The notes under the pieces: generated by a model
The model's database searches: none
Told to the model about the DNA's origin: nothing
The model's input: the letters and a program-made list of their open reading frames with translations, nothing else
Shown: positions 1 through 12,159 of the stretch, piece by piece
Numbering within the stretch: the stretch's first letter is position 1
Layout of the letters: every line of letters begins with the position of its first letter
From: Scyliorhinus canicula
Lineage: Eukaryota
Length of the DNA: 64,000 nucleotides
Assembly (NCBI RefSeq): GCF_902713615.1
Contig: NC_052157.1
Coordinates: 56,819,790 to 56,883,789, forward strand
Reading direction: 5' to 3'
Position numbers and translations under genes: made by a program

Positions 1-239
1 GAAAACACAATGGGGGGGGGGGCAAGTTGGGGATTTCAGCCCCAGCCTTTATTGGGCTGATGAGGTGAGGAATGGTTCAGGATGGCCTCCATGAGGTGTT
101 CACCATTTTCCCATCAGAATGCTTTGCCTAGCAAAGGCTGGGGCTCGAATCTGTTAGAATCTTGTTGATTTCTCTCTCTTGCGAAGCTGTCCCAGCGTGA
201 CACTTCCAGGATGTGGTTTCAGCACCTGCAACAGAGAGA

Positions 240-1875
240 CACCCACAGTTGTCAGAGACCAGTGTGTGTGGAGAAAAATAACCTTTGCATAATGGTGATT
301 TTAACTTAGTAATTTCTCGTTGGCACTTCGAGTGGTCAGCAGTTGCTTGTCGCTGCTCCTTACCAGCCTGATGGACTGCTTTTAATGCTCTGTAGGTCGG
401 TGCATTTGGCTTCTAAGCGAGTAACCTTACATAGAACATAGAACATAGAACAGTACAGCACAGAACAGGCCCTTCGGCCCTCGATGTTGTGCCGAGCCAT
501 GATCACCCTACTCAAACCCACGTATCCACCCTATACCCGTAACCCAGCAACCCCCCCTTAACCTTACGTTTTAGGACACTACGGGCAATTTAGCATGGCC
601 AATCCACCTAACCCGCACATCTTTGGACTGTGGGAGGAAACCGGAGCACCCGGAGGAAACCCACGCACACACGGGGAGGACGTGCAGACTCCGCACAGAC
701 AGTGACCCAGCCGGGAATCGAACCTGGGACCCTGGAGCTGTGAAGCATTTATGCTAACCACCATGCTACCGTGCTGCCCTTGTGTTCAGCTTCATCTCTT
801 ACGCAGACAGCCCGTTGGGTGCCTTGACAGGCTTTCTCACATTGAGTCTGGAAGCTACCTAAATGTATCAGGTTAGTCTGGTTCATTTGCTTCAGGTCAT
901 TTATTTCCCTGTCTTTATCGGTTTTCATTCGGTTTTCATCTGTTCTAATTTCTCCTGCTCTTGTTTTTTTAGTTTCTTTATCTCCTCCTCCTGTCCTGCC
1001 TTTAGTTTCCAAACTTTTCCTCTCTTTTCACTTATTTCTTTCTCCTTTATTTCCTCCAGCTTTTGAATGTCTTCCTCCCTTTTCGCTTTGAACTGTTTAA
1101 TCTCTTCCTCCTTCTCCACCTACCTCTGCCTTGCTTTTTCCAATATCTCAAGTACAGTCTTTAGGACTTGCTCGGTTCCTACTTGTTGCATCCAGCAGCA
1201 CACTACAGCTGTGGTTTTCTCGTATTTTGCTGCTCGCTTTCCCTACGCTTTGTTCAGACCCTCCCAATAGGTTTGCCTTTGGCTCTGGGACCTGTCTCTG
1301 TGTTTGTGAAACATTCTGCCCATGGGGGCCACCCTTCTCTCCTAAAATACTCATAAAACTTTTACTCCCATATGGGACACTTTTCTACCTCTGAATTCTG
1401 TGCTGACATTTTCTTGGATACAAGGGGTAGGGAGATGATTGAACTGCCGGTATGGCTTGTGGGCTACTTTCTGATCCAAATACAAACTAGCAGAGTTTAC
1501 CCTATCCTCCTCATTACGCAGCGTATGCAATTAGTGTAAATTTCCAAAATCAGTGATTTGTCCCATACGGAGTACACACCTATGGGTTCCAATTTAAAAA
1601 AATATTCTCCAATAGAGACCTTTACTTGAAATACTGGCCGTCGTGTGGGACATTTGCCGTCTTAATTCGGACTCAGGCTAAATCTCCAGGAATATTAGGT
1701 CTGGGATTCAATATCAGAGCAACAAAGTTACTTCAAGTCGATATAACATCGTAGTCATGAATTCTGTTGCTAAACCACAGTGTGTCTTAACCCGTATACG
1801 GCGGACAAATGCCTGCAAATCTGTTTCATTAAACAATCAATATTTATTCACGTGCACTCAATGTTAATGTTGTAT
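240..1875 (-). mobile_element. Decayed LTR-retroelement (ERV/Gypsy-like) gag fragment, split by a SINE
   Basis: Minus-strand coiled-coil remnants (EKEEEIKQFKAKREED..., HLGSFQTQCEKACQGTQRAV) continue across the SINE at 431-779 into ...ALKAVHQAGKEQRQATADHSKCQREI; multiple stops and frameshifts. Family recalled from similar shark elements, not searched. Confidence 0.5.
431..779 (-). mobile_element. HE1-type V-SINE, young subfamily, CR1-type tail
   Basis: tRNA-like head with A/B boxes (GGTTCGATTCC), V-domain GGGTTTCCTCCGGGTGCTCCGGTTTCCTCCCACAGTCCAAAGATGTG, (TTCTATG)n tail; near-identical to 8616-8954, 9763-10120 and 21882-22221. Confidence 0.9.
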
Positions 1876-1877
1876 AC

Positions 1878-2190
1878 GCAACATGGTAGCACAGTGGGTA
1901 GCACTGTTGCTTCACAGCAGCATGGTCCCAGGTTCAATTCCCAGCTTGGGTCATTGTCTGTGCAGAGTCTGCACGTTCTCCCCGTGCCTGCGTGGGTTTC
2001 CTTCGGGTCCTCCGATTTCCTCCCACAAGTCCCGAAAGATGTGCTTTTTAGTTGATGTGGACATTCTGAATTCTCCCTCTGTGTACCCAGAGTGTGGCGA
2101 CTAGGGGCTTTTCACAGTAACTTCATTGCAGTGTTAATGTAAGCCTACTTGTGACAATAATAAAGATTATTATCATTATTAATATTATAT
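1878..2190 (+). mobile_element. V-SINE with alternative tail (GGGGCTTTTCACAGTAAC...GTGACAATAAT, (ATT)n)
   Basis: Same head and V-domain as HE1 but a different 3' tail, shared with 21190-21473 and 31524-31990. Confidence 0.85.
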
Positions 2191-2368
2191 TCTGGCAACT
2201 CAAGTTAGACAAAGAAAGTAGTAAAGTATTGTACGTTCAATACTCTGGTAGATATTGCTTTCTTTATATGCCCTTTGGCATAATCTCAGCGCCAGAAATT
2301 TTCCACAGAGCGATGGAACACCTGTTGAAGGCAATCAGGGTGTTCAAGTATATGTCAATGCCATCATT

Positions 2369-2597
2369 GGGACGGCATGATGGTATAGCGGTTAGCACTG
2401 TTGCCTCACAGCGCTGAGGACCTGGCTTCGATCCCGGCCCTGGGTGACTGTCTGTGTGGAGTTTGCACATTCTCCCCGTGTTTCCATGGGTCTCACTCCC
2501 ACAACCCAAAGATGTGCAGGGTAGATGAATTGGCCACGCTAAATTGCCCCTTGTTTGGAAAAAAAATGAATTGGGCAATCTAAATCTATTTTTAAAA
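2369..2597 (+). mobile_element. V-SINE with short A-rich tail, inserted in Gypsy pol
   Basis: Head plus V-domain, then AATTGCCCC-TTGGAAAAAAAATGAATTGGG-TTTTTAAAA; diverged ~15 bp flanking duplication (gtcaatgccatcatt / gtcagtgacatcacc). Confidence 0.8.
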
Positions 2598-3759
2598 GTC
2601 AGTGACATCACCATTTGAGGTTCCAGGCAAGAGGAACACAATGAAAGGCTAATACGAGTATTGCAGAATGTCAAATAAAATGGGTTACGTCTCAACAAGG
2701 CCAAATGTCAGTTTGGTGTGAAATAAGAATGTTCCTAGGAGACAGGTTGTCTGCTCAAGGAATAGACCCTGATGACATGAAGATACAAGACATTATAAAT
2801 ATGCTTCAACCTACAGACAAAAATGGAGTACTAGGAATACGAGTCATTTCATTGGTGAATCAATTCCAAACCTCTCAGCGAAGGCAGCGTGTCTTAGAGA
2901 AGTCCTAATAAAAGTCAATAACTTCACTTGGACAGAGAAACATAAACAAGAGTGGATCACATTGAAAACGGCTCTAACATCAACTCCAGTTCTGACATTT
3001 TTTGAGCAGACACAGAATACAAAAATTTTGGCAGATGCACCGAAAGATGGTTTAGACACAGTTTTGCTACAACGGGAAAATGGTAGTGATTGGAAGTCAG
3101 TGACATTTGCATCCAGATCAATGACAGACTCTGAGTGTCGCTATGCTCAAATTGAAAAAGAATGCCTAGGATTAGTCAACGAATTAGAGAAATTCCACAG
3201 TTACGTGTATGGTCAACCTACTTTCCTTGCAGAAACAGACCATTGGTAGCCATAGTCAAGAAAAACCTGAGTGAGATGTCATCTCGCATCCAAAGGGTGA
3301 TGATGAAACTTCAGAGGTGTGATTTTGACTTGATCTATAAACCAAGCAAGCACATTGCAGTAGCCGATGCGTTACCCAGAGCTACAGCAGCACTAGGTGA
3401 CAATTCCATTGGATGTGCAAGTTCATGTAGATATGATCATGGAAACACGACCATGTCAAATGTAAAGTCAAGGCTGATTGTTGAAGAAACAGAGAACGAT
3501 GAAGTATTGCAAATAGTGACGCATAATCTCAACAATGGATGGCCAAAATGTTCATGTTTCAAGTATCATCATATAAGATCAGGGCGAAGTACAGCAAATG
3601 GTTTGTTACTAAGACAACAGAGAATAATTATTCCCCAGTCTCTGCGCAAAGAAATACTGCAAAAGAATCATGAGGGTCACCTTGGGATCAGAAATGCAAG
3701 AGAACAGCATGAGATATGACTCATTGGCCAGGAATAAATAAGGATATGAAAATGAAATT

Positions 3760-3928
3760 AAATGAAAATTGCTTATTATCATGAGTAGGCTTCAATGAAG
3801 TTACTGTGAAAAGCCCCTAATCGCCACATTCCGGCGCCTGTCCGGGAAGGCTGGTATGGGAATCAAACCATGCTGCTGGCCTGCTTGGTCTGCTTTAAAA
3901 GCCAGCGATTTAGCCCAGTGAGCTAAAC
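3760..3928 (-). mobile_element. Short tRNA-Lys-like SINE
   Basis: Reverse complement of the copy at 45658-45833; tRNA-like head (CTTTTAA loop) joined directly to the GGGGCTTTTCACAGTAAC tail. Confidence 0.75.
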
Positions 3929-4763
3929 AGACAATGGTGGAAAAGTGCACTATTTGTTAACGGTATCAATATCGACAAGCCAAGGAACCGATGGAGATGG
4001 GCAAAATTGTGTAAGTTCCTTGGCAAACGGTTGGGATGGACGTATTCTACCTTGCAGGTAAAGAATATTTGCTAATAGTGGACTGCTATTCAAACTATCC
4101 TGAAGTATCACAGTTGTCAAGCTCGTCAACCAACTGTGTTATTATGCACAAGAAAACAATGTTTGCACGTCATGGCATTCCTCAGGTCGTTATGAGTGAT
4201 AATGGACCGTGTTTCAATTGTAAAGAGTGGAAGGCATTTGCACAGTGCTATGATTTCAGACATGTAACATCGAGACCATTGTATCCTCAGTCTCATGGCA
4301 AAGTGAAAAAAGGTGTGCAGATAGTCAAGCAATTACTGAAAAAGGCTATGGACAGTTGAGATGATCGATTAATTAGCATTACTCAGCTATCGAGCATTTC
4401 CTTTAAGTTGTGGTTTGTTGCCATCAGAACTGTTGATGAGTTGAAAGCTACTCTCTGCCATGTTATTCTAAACAGCAAGTAAATGACAAGATAAGGAATC
4501 AGTATCAACCTCACAGGAAGAAGCAGAAGAGGTACCATGACAAGTCAACCACAACTCTGAAATGGTTAAATCCGGATGATGTAGTGAGGGTGGAGGATCC
4601 TGATGGCTGGTCAAAATGTGCAACAGTATTACAGAAAATAGGTCCGAGATCTTACACTGTAATCACAGAGCAAGGACAGGCTTGAAGGAGACATAGCCGG
4701 GCACTCCTAAAAGTCAAACAACCTGTTGCTCAACTGCAAGTAGATGATGTCTATGAAAACCTA

Positions 4764-5089
4764 TGGACGGGATTAGCTCAGTCCGGGGCCGGGCCGGAGA
4801 ATCCCCGTGACCGGCGCGAATCGCGCCCGCCGCCCCGTCGCCGGTACGCAATTCTCAGCCGAGCGGAGAAGGGTCGGGGGGGTGGCCTGTGGGGGGGGGG
4901 GGAGGTCTGACCTTGGGGTGGGGGGGCCTCCGATGTGGACTGGCCCGCGATCGGGGCTCACCAATCGGCGGGCCGGCCTCTCTGCGTGGACCCCGCGGCG
5001 CCCAGTTCACGCCAGGATCAGCAGCTGGAGCGCCGTCGAGAAACGCGACGCCGTCAACACTTAGCCTCAGGATCACAGAATCCCGTCCC
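4764..5089. mobile_element. GC-rich non-autonomous Harbinger-type MITE
   Basis: TIRs (T/G)GGACGGGATT...AATCCCGTCCC; right end (GTCAACACTTAG...GAATCCCG) resembles the Harbinger terminus at 28730-28768; interrupts Gypsy sequence. Confidence 0.7.
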
Positions 5090-5632
5090 GATATTCTTCA
5101 AAGCCAACACAACCAGAGGATGAATCAAATATCATTGTAGAGTCTGAAGTTGTGAACAGTGATGTGGTCATACCAATTGCAGCTACAGAAATGTAGGACA
5201 GTCAAACAGATTCATCAGATCTACCAAAGTTAAGAAGATCAACAAGGCATAGAAAGAAAGATTGAATCTTCAATTGGACAATATAGCTGTACATGATATA
5301 AATTATTGTGCATATCATACATAATATTTATTGAAACTATGTATATATGTTAATGTCCAAAATCCCAAGGAAAGGGAATGTAGTGATATGCATAAGCAAT
5401 TGTATATGTAAATATGTTTGACCTCTAACCACTAGGTGGCAGGCAAGTTATACCAAGTGACACTACAAGCTAGGGGTACACTGTAGACAAAGTTGTTGTG
5501 GTTAGTTGTGTTTGTGATTGTTCCAGTTTGTTAGCATTAGTTTCCAACCTACAGTTTGTTGTACAATAATAACTTTGACGAGTCGAGAACTAAATGTTAT
5601 TTGGTGCACTGATTCAATCATTGTACATAACA

Positions 5633-6085
5633 TCTCCGTTCCTCTCTCCCTCCCTCACTTCCTCCCCCTCTTTCTCTTCTCCCTCTCAACCTCCTTCCCA
5701 CTCGCCCTCTCTGCCTCTCCCTCCCTTTCTCACTCCCTGTCTCCCTTCCTCTCTCCCTTCCTCCCTCCCTCCCTCTGCCCATCTTGCTCTCTCTCCCTCC
5801 TGTGCTCCCTCTCTCTCTCATTCCCTATCTCCCTCTCTCTTCCCTCTCCCCCTCCCTCACTCAATCCCTCTCCCCTCTCACCCTCTATGCACCTCTCCTC
5901 TCCCTCTCTCCTCTCGCTCATTCCCTCCCTTGCTCCTTTCCCTCCTTCCCTCCTTCGCTCCCCCTCTCTATCTCACCCTTCATCTCTCCCTCTCGCCCTG
6001 ACTTTCTCCCTCTCTCTCTCTTCTCCCTCTCTCCCTCCTTCCCTCTCTGCCTATCCCTCCCTCTCTCCCTCTCACCCTCTCTTCA
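5633..6085. repeat. CT-rich low-complexity tract
   Basis: Almost pure polypyrimidine (CT/CCT)n on the + strand. Confidence 0.95.
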
Positions 6086-6089
6086 TCTA

Positions 6090-6830
6090 TCCTCCTTGTG
6101 GACAAAGTACGCCTGCTTCACGCGAACCGCCAGTATGCCTACGTGGAGTTCCCCGATGGCCGCCAGGACACAGTCTCGCTCTGGGACCTGGCTCCCTCAG
6201 GTGCTGATCCCACGCCCTTTTACCCCCCCGCACCACCCTCCTTTTTCCCGGCGCCCCCGTATTCGTCCCCACTGGGTCCATCCCTCGTTCCCCTGCCCAT
6301 ACTGGAGGACACGGAAGACTCTGGCTCGCTCTCAGACTCATCCCGCCACTGGCCAGCACCAACACCACCCGCACCTGCACCGTCATCGCCAAAACGCCTG
6401 TGCCGACGTCGCCACCACAGCTACGCCGATCACAACGGACCGTTCGACCGCCGATTCAGCTCAACCTGTAACCTGCTAACCGGACGGACTCTTGGTTTTC
6501 TGTTGTTTGGACCTTTTGTACATAGATCACCTTTTGTATTATAGTTCCACGTCACCCTCGCCGGACTCATTTTTTACAGGGGGTGAATGTGGTGGTACAA
6601 CCACTGTAGATATGTGTACTGCAGTAGGGGGATGTATGGATGTACCTGTAATACAGGTCTCTCTGGTAAGCCCCTGCCAGCTAGCTCCGCCCACAGGGAG
6701 CTTGTGTATAAATATGCGCTAGCTTCACTGAGATACTATTCTACAGCTGCCGCCGGAGGAATAGCATCTCACAGCAATAAAGCCTCTCTTGTACTTCACT
6801 CGAGTCTTGTGTACAATTGTTAGCGCCACA
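6090..6830 (+). mobile_element. Gypsy 3' fragment: integrase C-terminus, PPT and LTR (6588-6830)
   Basis: VRLLHANRQYAYVEFPDGRQDTVSLWDLAP; PPT ACAGGGGGTGAA; LTR TGTGG...CCACA containing TATAAA and AATAAA. Confidence 0.85.
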
Positions 6831-7138
6831 CCCTCACTCTGTCCCACTCTTCTCTCCCTCTCCCCTTACTCCCTCTCTCTCCCTCCCTCTCTCCCTCACT
6901 CCCTCTCTCCCTCACTCCCTCTCTCCCTCACTCTCTCCCTCACTCTCGCCTCTCCCTTGCTCTCTCCTTCTTTCCCTCCTTCCCTCGCTCCCTCTCTGCC
7001 TCTCCCTCCCTCCTTTCCTCTCTCACTCCCTCTCTTCCTCCCACCCTCCATCTCTCCCTCACTCACACTCCCTCTCTCTCTTGCTCTTTCTCTCTCTCCC
7101 TCTCCCTCTCCCTCTCTCTCCCTCTAACTCTCTCTTGC
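6831..7138. repeat. CT-rich low-complexity tract
   Basis: Polypyrimidine microsatellite-like sequence. Confidence 0.95.
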
Positions 7139-7480
7139 GGGGGGCACGGTAGCACAGTGGTTAGCACAGTTGCTTCACAGCTGCAGGGTCCCAGGTTCGA
7201 TTCCTGGCTTGGGTTACGAAAGTGCGGAGTTTGCACTTTCTCCCTGTGTCTGCGTGGTTTCCTCCGGGTGCTCCGGTTTCCGCCCACGCCCCGAAAAGGT
7301 GCAGGTTAGGTGGATTGGCCATTCTAAATTGACCTTGGTATCCAAAAAGGTTGGGTGGGGTTACCGGGTTATGGGAATAGGGTGGGTGTGAGCTTAGGCA
7401 GGGTGTTCTTTCCAAGGGCTGGTGTAGACTCAATGGGCCGAATGGCCTCCTTCTGCACTGTAAATTTGATGATTCTATGA
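7139..7480 (+). mobile_element. HE1-type V-SINE
   Basis: Head, V-domain and GGGCCGAATGGCCTCCTTCTGCACTG tail. Confidence 0.88.
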
Positions 7481-7885
7481 ACTCTCCCTCACTCCCTCCT
7501 TCCAACTCCCTCTTTCCCTCTCTCTCCACCCCTCCCCCCCTCTCATTGCCCCATTACCCAGGATAATCCTGATGAAGTGTGATGAGAAGGCTGTGCTGTG
7601 ATCTCGCTCCCTCAGTGAGAACACCTTCATTCACCTGGTAAATCAGCTGCCAACAAGTCCACAGCACGTTGCTGCTTGTTGCTGCCTCTCACAGAGGTCA
7701 GTGACTGAATTCCCTCACTCCCAGCACCTACTCCTCACTCTGAGCCACTCCCCTGCAGACACAGCTGTACCCCAAGCCATCAGACTCACAGCAGCAGAGG
7801 AGAGATAATAATTACTCTCTCTCTCCCTCTCGCTCCCTCTCTCCTGTTTACATCTGAGATTCTCTCTCTCTCTCTTTCTCGCTCA

Positions 7886-8067
7886 NNNNNNNNNNNNNNN
7901 NNNNNNNNNNNNNNNNNNNNNNNNNNNNNNNNNNNNNNNNNNNNNNNNNNNNNNNNNNNNNNNNNNNNNNNNNNNNNNNNNNNNNNNNNNNNNNNNNNNN
8001 NNNNNNNNNNNNNNNNNNNNNNNNNNNNNNNNNNNNNNNNNNNNNNNNNNNNNNNNNNNNNNNNNNN
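7886..8067. other. Assembly gap inside a CT microsatellite
   Basis: Run of N. Confidence 1.
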
Positions 8068-8615
8068 CATTCTTTGTCTCTCTCTCTCTCCACGTCTCCG
8101 TCGCTCTCTGTCTCTCTCTCTCTGTCTCTGTCTCTCCTCTGCGTAGAGTGGCAGGGGGATGGGAACTAGAACAGCAGGCCAGTAAGTGTAGAGACCGATG
8201 GAAAATGTGCAACCGAGATAAATATAGTGCAGAGTAAGTGTAGGTAGAGGGAAGCGGCAGGGCTCAGTGAGGCTGTCGGTCTGGAGTGCATTTGCTTCAA
8301 CGAAACAAATTTAACGAGTGAGCCAGGGTTACGGCATGGAACTATAATGTAATTGTAGTTACGGAGACATAGATCAAGGAGGGACAGGACTGGCAGCTTA
8401 ACGTTCCGGGATATCGTTTTTTTAGATGGGACAGAAGGGGAAACAAAAGAGGTGGGGGAGTTGCATTGCTGATCAGGGAGCAGATCACAGCTGTGTTGAG
8501 GGATCTTGTAGTGAGGTATTATGGGTGGAGCTCAGAATAAGAAGGGTGAAATCACAATGTTGGAAGTGTACTATAGACCTCCCAACAGCCCGCAGGAGGC
8601 AGTGGAGCACAGAAG

Positions 8616-8954
8616 ATAGAACAATACAGCACAGAACAGGCCCTTCAGCCCTCGATGTTGTGCCGAGCCATGATCACCCTACTCAAACCCACGTATCCAC
8701 CGTTTACCCGTAACCCAACAACCCCCCACCCCTTAACCTTACTTTTTAGGACACTACGGGCAATTTAGCATGGCCAATCCACCTAACCCGCACATCTTTG
8801 GACTGTGGGAGGAAACCGGAGCACCCGGAGGAAACCCACGCACACACGGGGAGGACGTGCAGACTCCGCACAGACAGTGACCCAGCCGGGAATCGAACCT
8901 GGGACCCTGGAGCTGTGAAGCATTTATGCTAACCACCATGCTACCGTGATGCCC
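8616..8954 (-). mobile_element. HE1-type V-SINE (young)
   Basis: Near-identical to 431-779. Confidence 0.9.
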
Positions 8955-9166
8955 TTAAATAAATTTTGAGTACCCAATAAATTTTTTCCAATTTAGAGTG
9001 GCCAATCCACCTATCTTACACATCTTTGGGTTGTGGGGGCGAAACCCACGCAAACACGGGGAGAATGTGCAAATTCTACACGGACAGTGACCCAGAGCCG
9101 GGATCGAACCTGGGACCTCGGTGCCATGAGGCCGCAGTGCTAACCCACTGCGCCACCGTGCTGCCC
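8955..9166 (-). mobile_element. V-SINE, short A-rich tail type
   Basis: Head, V-domain and AATTTATTGGGTACTC tail; abuts the previous SINE. Confidence 0.8.
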
Positions 9167-9762
9167 GTGCTGCAGTTGTGTAGTTGGATACTGAAAATTT
9201 GTGAAAAAAGCAGGGTAGTTGTGATGGGCGATTTTAACTTCCCCCATATTGACTGGGAATCCCAAACAGCCAGGGACCCGGATGGAGAGGAATATGTTAG
9301 ATGTGTCCAGGGGAGCTTTTTGATACAGTATGGCGACAATCCAACCAGGGAGGGGGCCGTACTGGACTTGTTATTGGGGAATGAGCCAGGCCAGGTGATT
9401 GATGTTTCAGTGGGGGAGCATTTTAGGCTTAGCAATTTTAATTCCATAAGATTTCGAGTCGTTATGGATAAGGACTAGAGTGGCCCCCGGGTGAGGGTGC
9501 TTAATTGGGCGAGGGCCAATTACATCCAAATTAGACAGGAACTGGGGAATGAGGGTTGGGAGCGGCTATTTGACATGTCTGACATGTGGGAGGCCTTTAA
9601 AGGCCGGTTGACTGAAGTGCAGGAAGGCATGTCCCAGCAAAAATAAAAGATAGAAGTGGCAGGATTCGGGAACCATGGATGACAAAGGAAATTGTCAGCT
9701 TAGTCAAAAGGGAGCATATGATTGGTTACGCATCTAAAATCTGACATAACCCTTGAGGAGTA

Positions 9763-10120
9763 GGGGCAGCAGGGTAGCATGGTGGTTAGCATAAATGCTT
9801 CACAGCTCCAGGGTCCCAGGTTCGATTCCCGGCTGGGTCACTGTCTGTGTGGAGTCTGCACGTCCTCCCCCTGTGTGCGTGGGTTTCCTCCGGGTGCTCC
9901 GGTTTCCTCCCACAGTCCAAAGATGTGCGGGTTAGGTGGATTGGCCATGCTAAATTGCCCGTAGTGTCCTAATAAAAGTAAGGTTAAGGGGGGGGTTGTT
10001 GGGTTACGGGTATTGGGTGGATACGTGGGTTTGAGTAGAGTGATCATGGCTCGGCACAACATTGAGGGCCGAAGGGCCTGTTCTGTGCTGTACTGTTCTA
10101 TGTACTCTTCTATGTTCTAT
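9763..10120 (+). mobile_element. HE1-type V-SINE (young)
   Basis: Near-identical to the other young copies; flanked by GAGTA on both sides. Confidence 0.9.
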
Positions 10121-12159
10121 GAGTACAGTGAAAGTAGGAAGTAACTTAAACGTGGAATTAGAAGGGCTAAAAGAAGCCATGAAATATCTTTAGCAAAGAT
10201 TGTCAAGGAGAATCCCAAGGCTTTTTATGCATATATTAGGAGCAAGATGGTAGCAAGAGAAAGAGTAGGCCCACTTAAGGACAATGGACGGAAGTTATGC
10301 GTGGAATCACAGGAAATGAATGAAATTCTCAATGAGTACTTTGCATCAGTATTCACCAAGGAGAAGGACAGGATGGATGTTGAGGTCAGGGACAGGTGTG
10401 TGAACAATCTTGAGAATGCCAATATATCAAAGGAGGAAGTGTTGAGTATCTTAAATTGCATCCGGGGCCGGATGGGATTTATCCCAGCTTACTGTGGGGG
10501 GCAAGGGGAGAAGTAGCTGGGGCCTTAACAGATAAATTTGCATTCCCTTTCACCACCGGCGAGGTTCCAGAGGACTGGAGAATAGCCAATGTTAAACCCT
10601 TGTTTAAGAAAGGAAGCAGTATTAATCCAGCAAATTATAGGCCGTGAGCCTGACATCAATGGTGGGGAAGTTTTTGAAAAGATACTGAGGAACAGGATAT
10701 ATGCACATTTGGAGAAAAGTGGACTAGTTAGTGACAGGCAGCATGGTTTTGTACGGGGAAGGGCCTGTCTCACCAACTTGATTGAGTTTTTTGAAGAGGT
10801 GACAAAGAACATTGATGAGGAAAGGGCTGTGGATGTAGTTTATATGGACTTTAGTAAGACTTTTGAAAAGGTCCCACATGGCAGACTGGTACAAAAACTA
10901 CATGGGATTCAGGGAGGGATGGCTAGATGGATACAGAATTGGCTTGGTTAGAGAAAGCAGAGAGTGGCGGTGAAAGGGTGTATTTCTGGATGGAGATCTG
11001 TAGATCGTAGTGTTCCGCAGGGGTCAGTGCTGGGACCTCTGTTGTATATAGATAAATGATCTGGAGCAAAATGTGGGTGGTCTGATCAGTAAGTTTGTGG
11101 ATGACACCAAAATTGGCTGAGTTGCTGATAGTGCCAAGGATTGTCAAAGGATACAACAGGATATAGATAGGTTGGAGACTTGGGCACAGAAATGGCAGAT
11201 GGAGTTTAATCCAGACAAATGCAAGATGACGCATTTTGGAGGATGAAAGCTAGGTATGAATTGTACTGTAAATGGCAGAACCCTTAGGAACATTAACAGA
11301 GGGATCTGGGCGTGTAGGTCCATAGTTCCCTAAAAGTGGCAACACAGGTGGCCAAGGTGAGTAAGAAGGAAAATGGCATGTTTGCCTTTATCAGCGGGGG
11401 CATTGAGTACAGGAGTTAGGAAATCATGTTGCAGCTATATAAAACCTTGGTTAGGCTGCATTTGGAGTATTATGTGCAGTTCTGGTCACCACAGCATCAG
11501 AAGGACGTGGAAGCTTTGGAGAGAGAGCTAAGAAGGTTCAACAGGATGTTGCCTGATCTTGAGGATGTTGGCTATGAGGAGAGGTTGAATGAACTAGGAT
11601 TGTTTTCACTGGGAAGACGGAGGCTGAGGGGAGACCTGAAAGAGGTGTACAAAATTATGAGAGGCATGGACAAGGTGAATAATCAGAGGCTTTTTAACAA
11701 GGAGGGAAAGTGTCAATTACAAGGGGACACAGGTTCAAGGTGAGAGGGGGAAAGTTTTCATACAGAGCGGGGTAGGTGCCTGGAACGCGAGGACAGAGGA
11801 TGTGGTGGAAACAGTCACATTAGCAACATTTAAGAGACATCTGGATGGATACATGAATAGGGAGGAAATAGAGAGGTACTGACCGAGTAAAAGGCGGAAG
11901 GGTTTGTTTTTAGTTAGGGCAGGATGATCGGCACAGGCTTGGAGGGCCAAAAGGCCTGTTGCTGTGCTGTACTTTGCTTTGTTCTTTTTTCTTTGCTCTT
12001 TGTCTGTCTCTCTGTTTGTCCTGGAATTGTAACAGCTCTCAGACCTGAGTGTAATCCTCAGATATAAATGCAGGTAGAAAAGATTGCATCAAGTAACCAA
12101 GTGTGTCTGACTGTATGTGCCTGAGTGTGTGTAAGGAATGTGTGTGTGTTTTTTTTCAT

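Larger units (their letters stand above)
2190..5632 (+). mobile_element. Decayed 5'-truncated Ty3/Gypsy element (RT-RNaseH-integrase, PPT, 3' LTR 5379-5632)
   Basis: Motifs MPFGIISAPEIF, RYAQIEKECL, HEGHLG, FARHGIPQVVMSDNGPCF; PPT AAGGAAAGGGAA at 5367-5378 followed by a TG...CA LTR. Confidence 0.9.
8130..11990 (+). mobile_element. Decayed CR1 LINE (ORF2 APE endonuclease-RT, 3' UTR) with three nested SINEs
   Basis: VVVMGDFNFPHIDW, GAVLDLLLGNE, QHGFVRGRACLTNLIEFFEEVT, LYKTLVRLHLEYYVQFWSP; 3' tail GGAGGGCCAAAAGGCCTGTTGCTGTGCTGTAC; many frameshifts. Confidence 0.92.

Noticed and set aside
364-389. 26 bp minus-strand mini-exon (TACAG|...CTG|GTAAGG)
   Set aside because: It lies within the gag-like reading frame remnant and has a poor polypyrimidine tract.
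431-779. SINE heads as tRNA genes (all copies, including 45658-45745)
   Set aside because: They have A/B boxes but no complete cloverleaf, and are fused to SINE bodies and tails.
5518-7152. Long Ser/Pro/Leu-rich ORFs (229, 231, 135 aa), and similarly 46497-47366
   Set aside because: These are translations of CT/GA microsatellite tracts.
7562-7637. Plus-strand 76 bp exon (CCCAG|...CTG|GTAAAT)
   Set aside because: Stops in all three frames; at most a UTR exon, with no supporting evidence.
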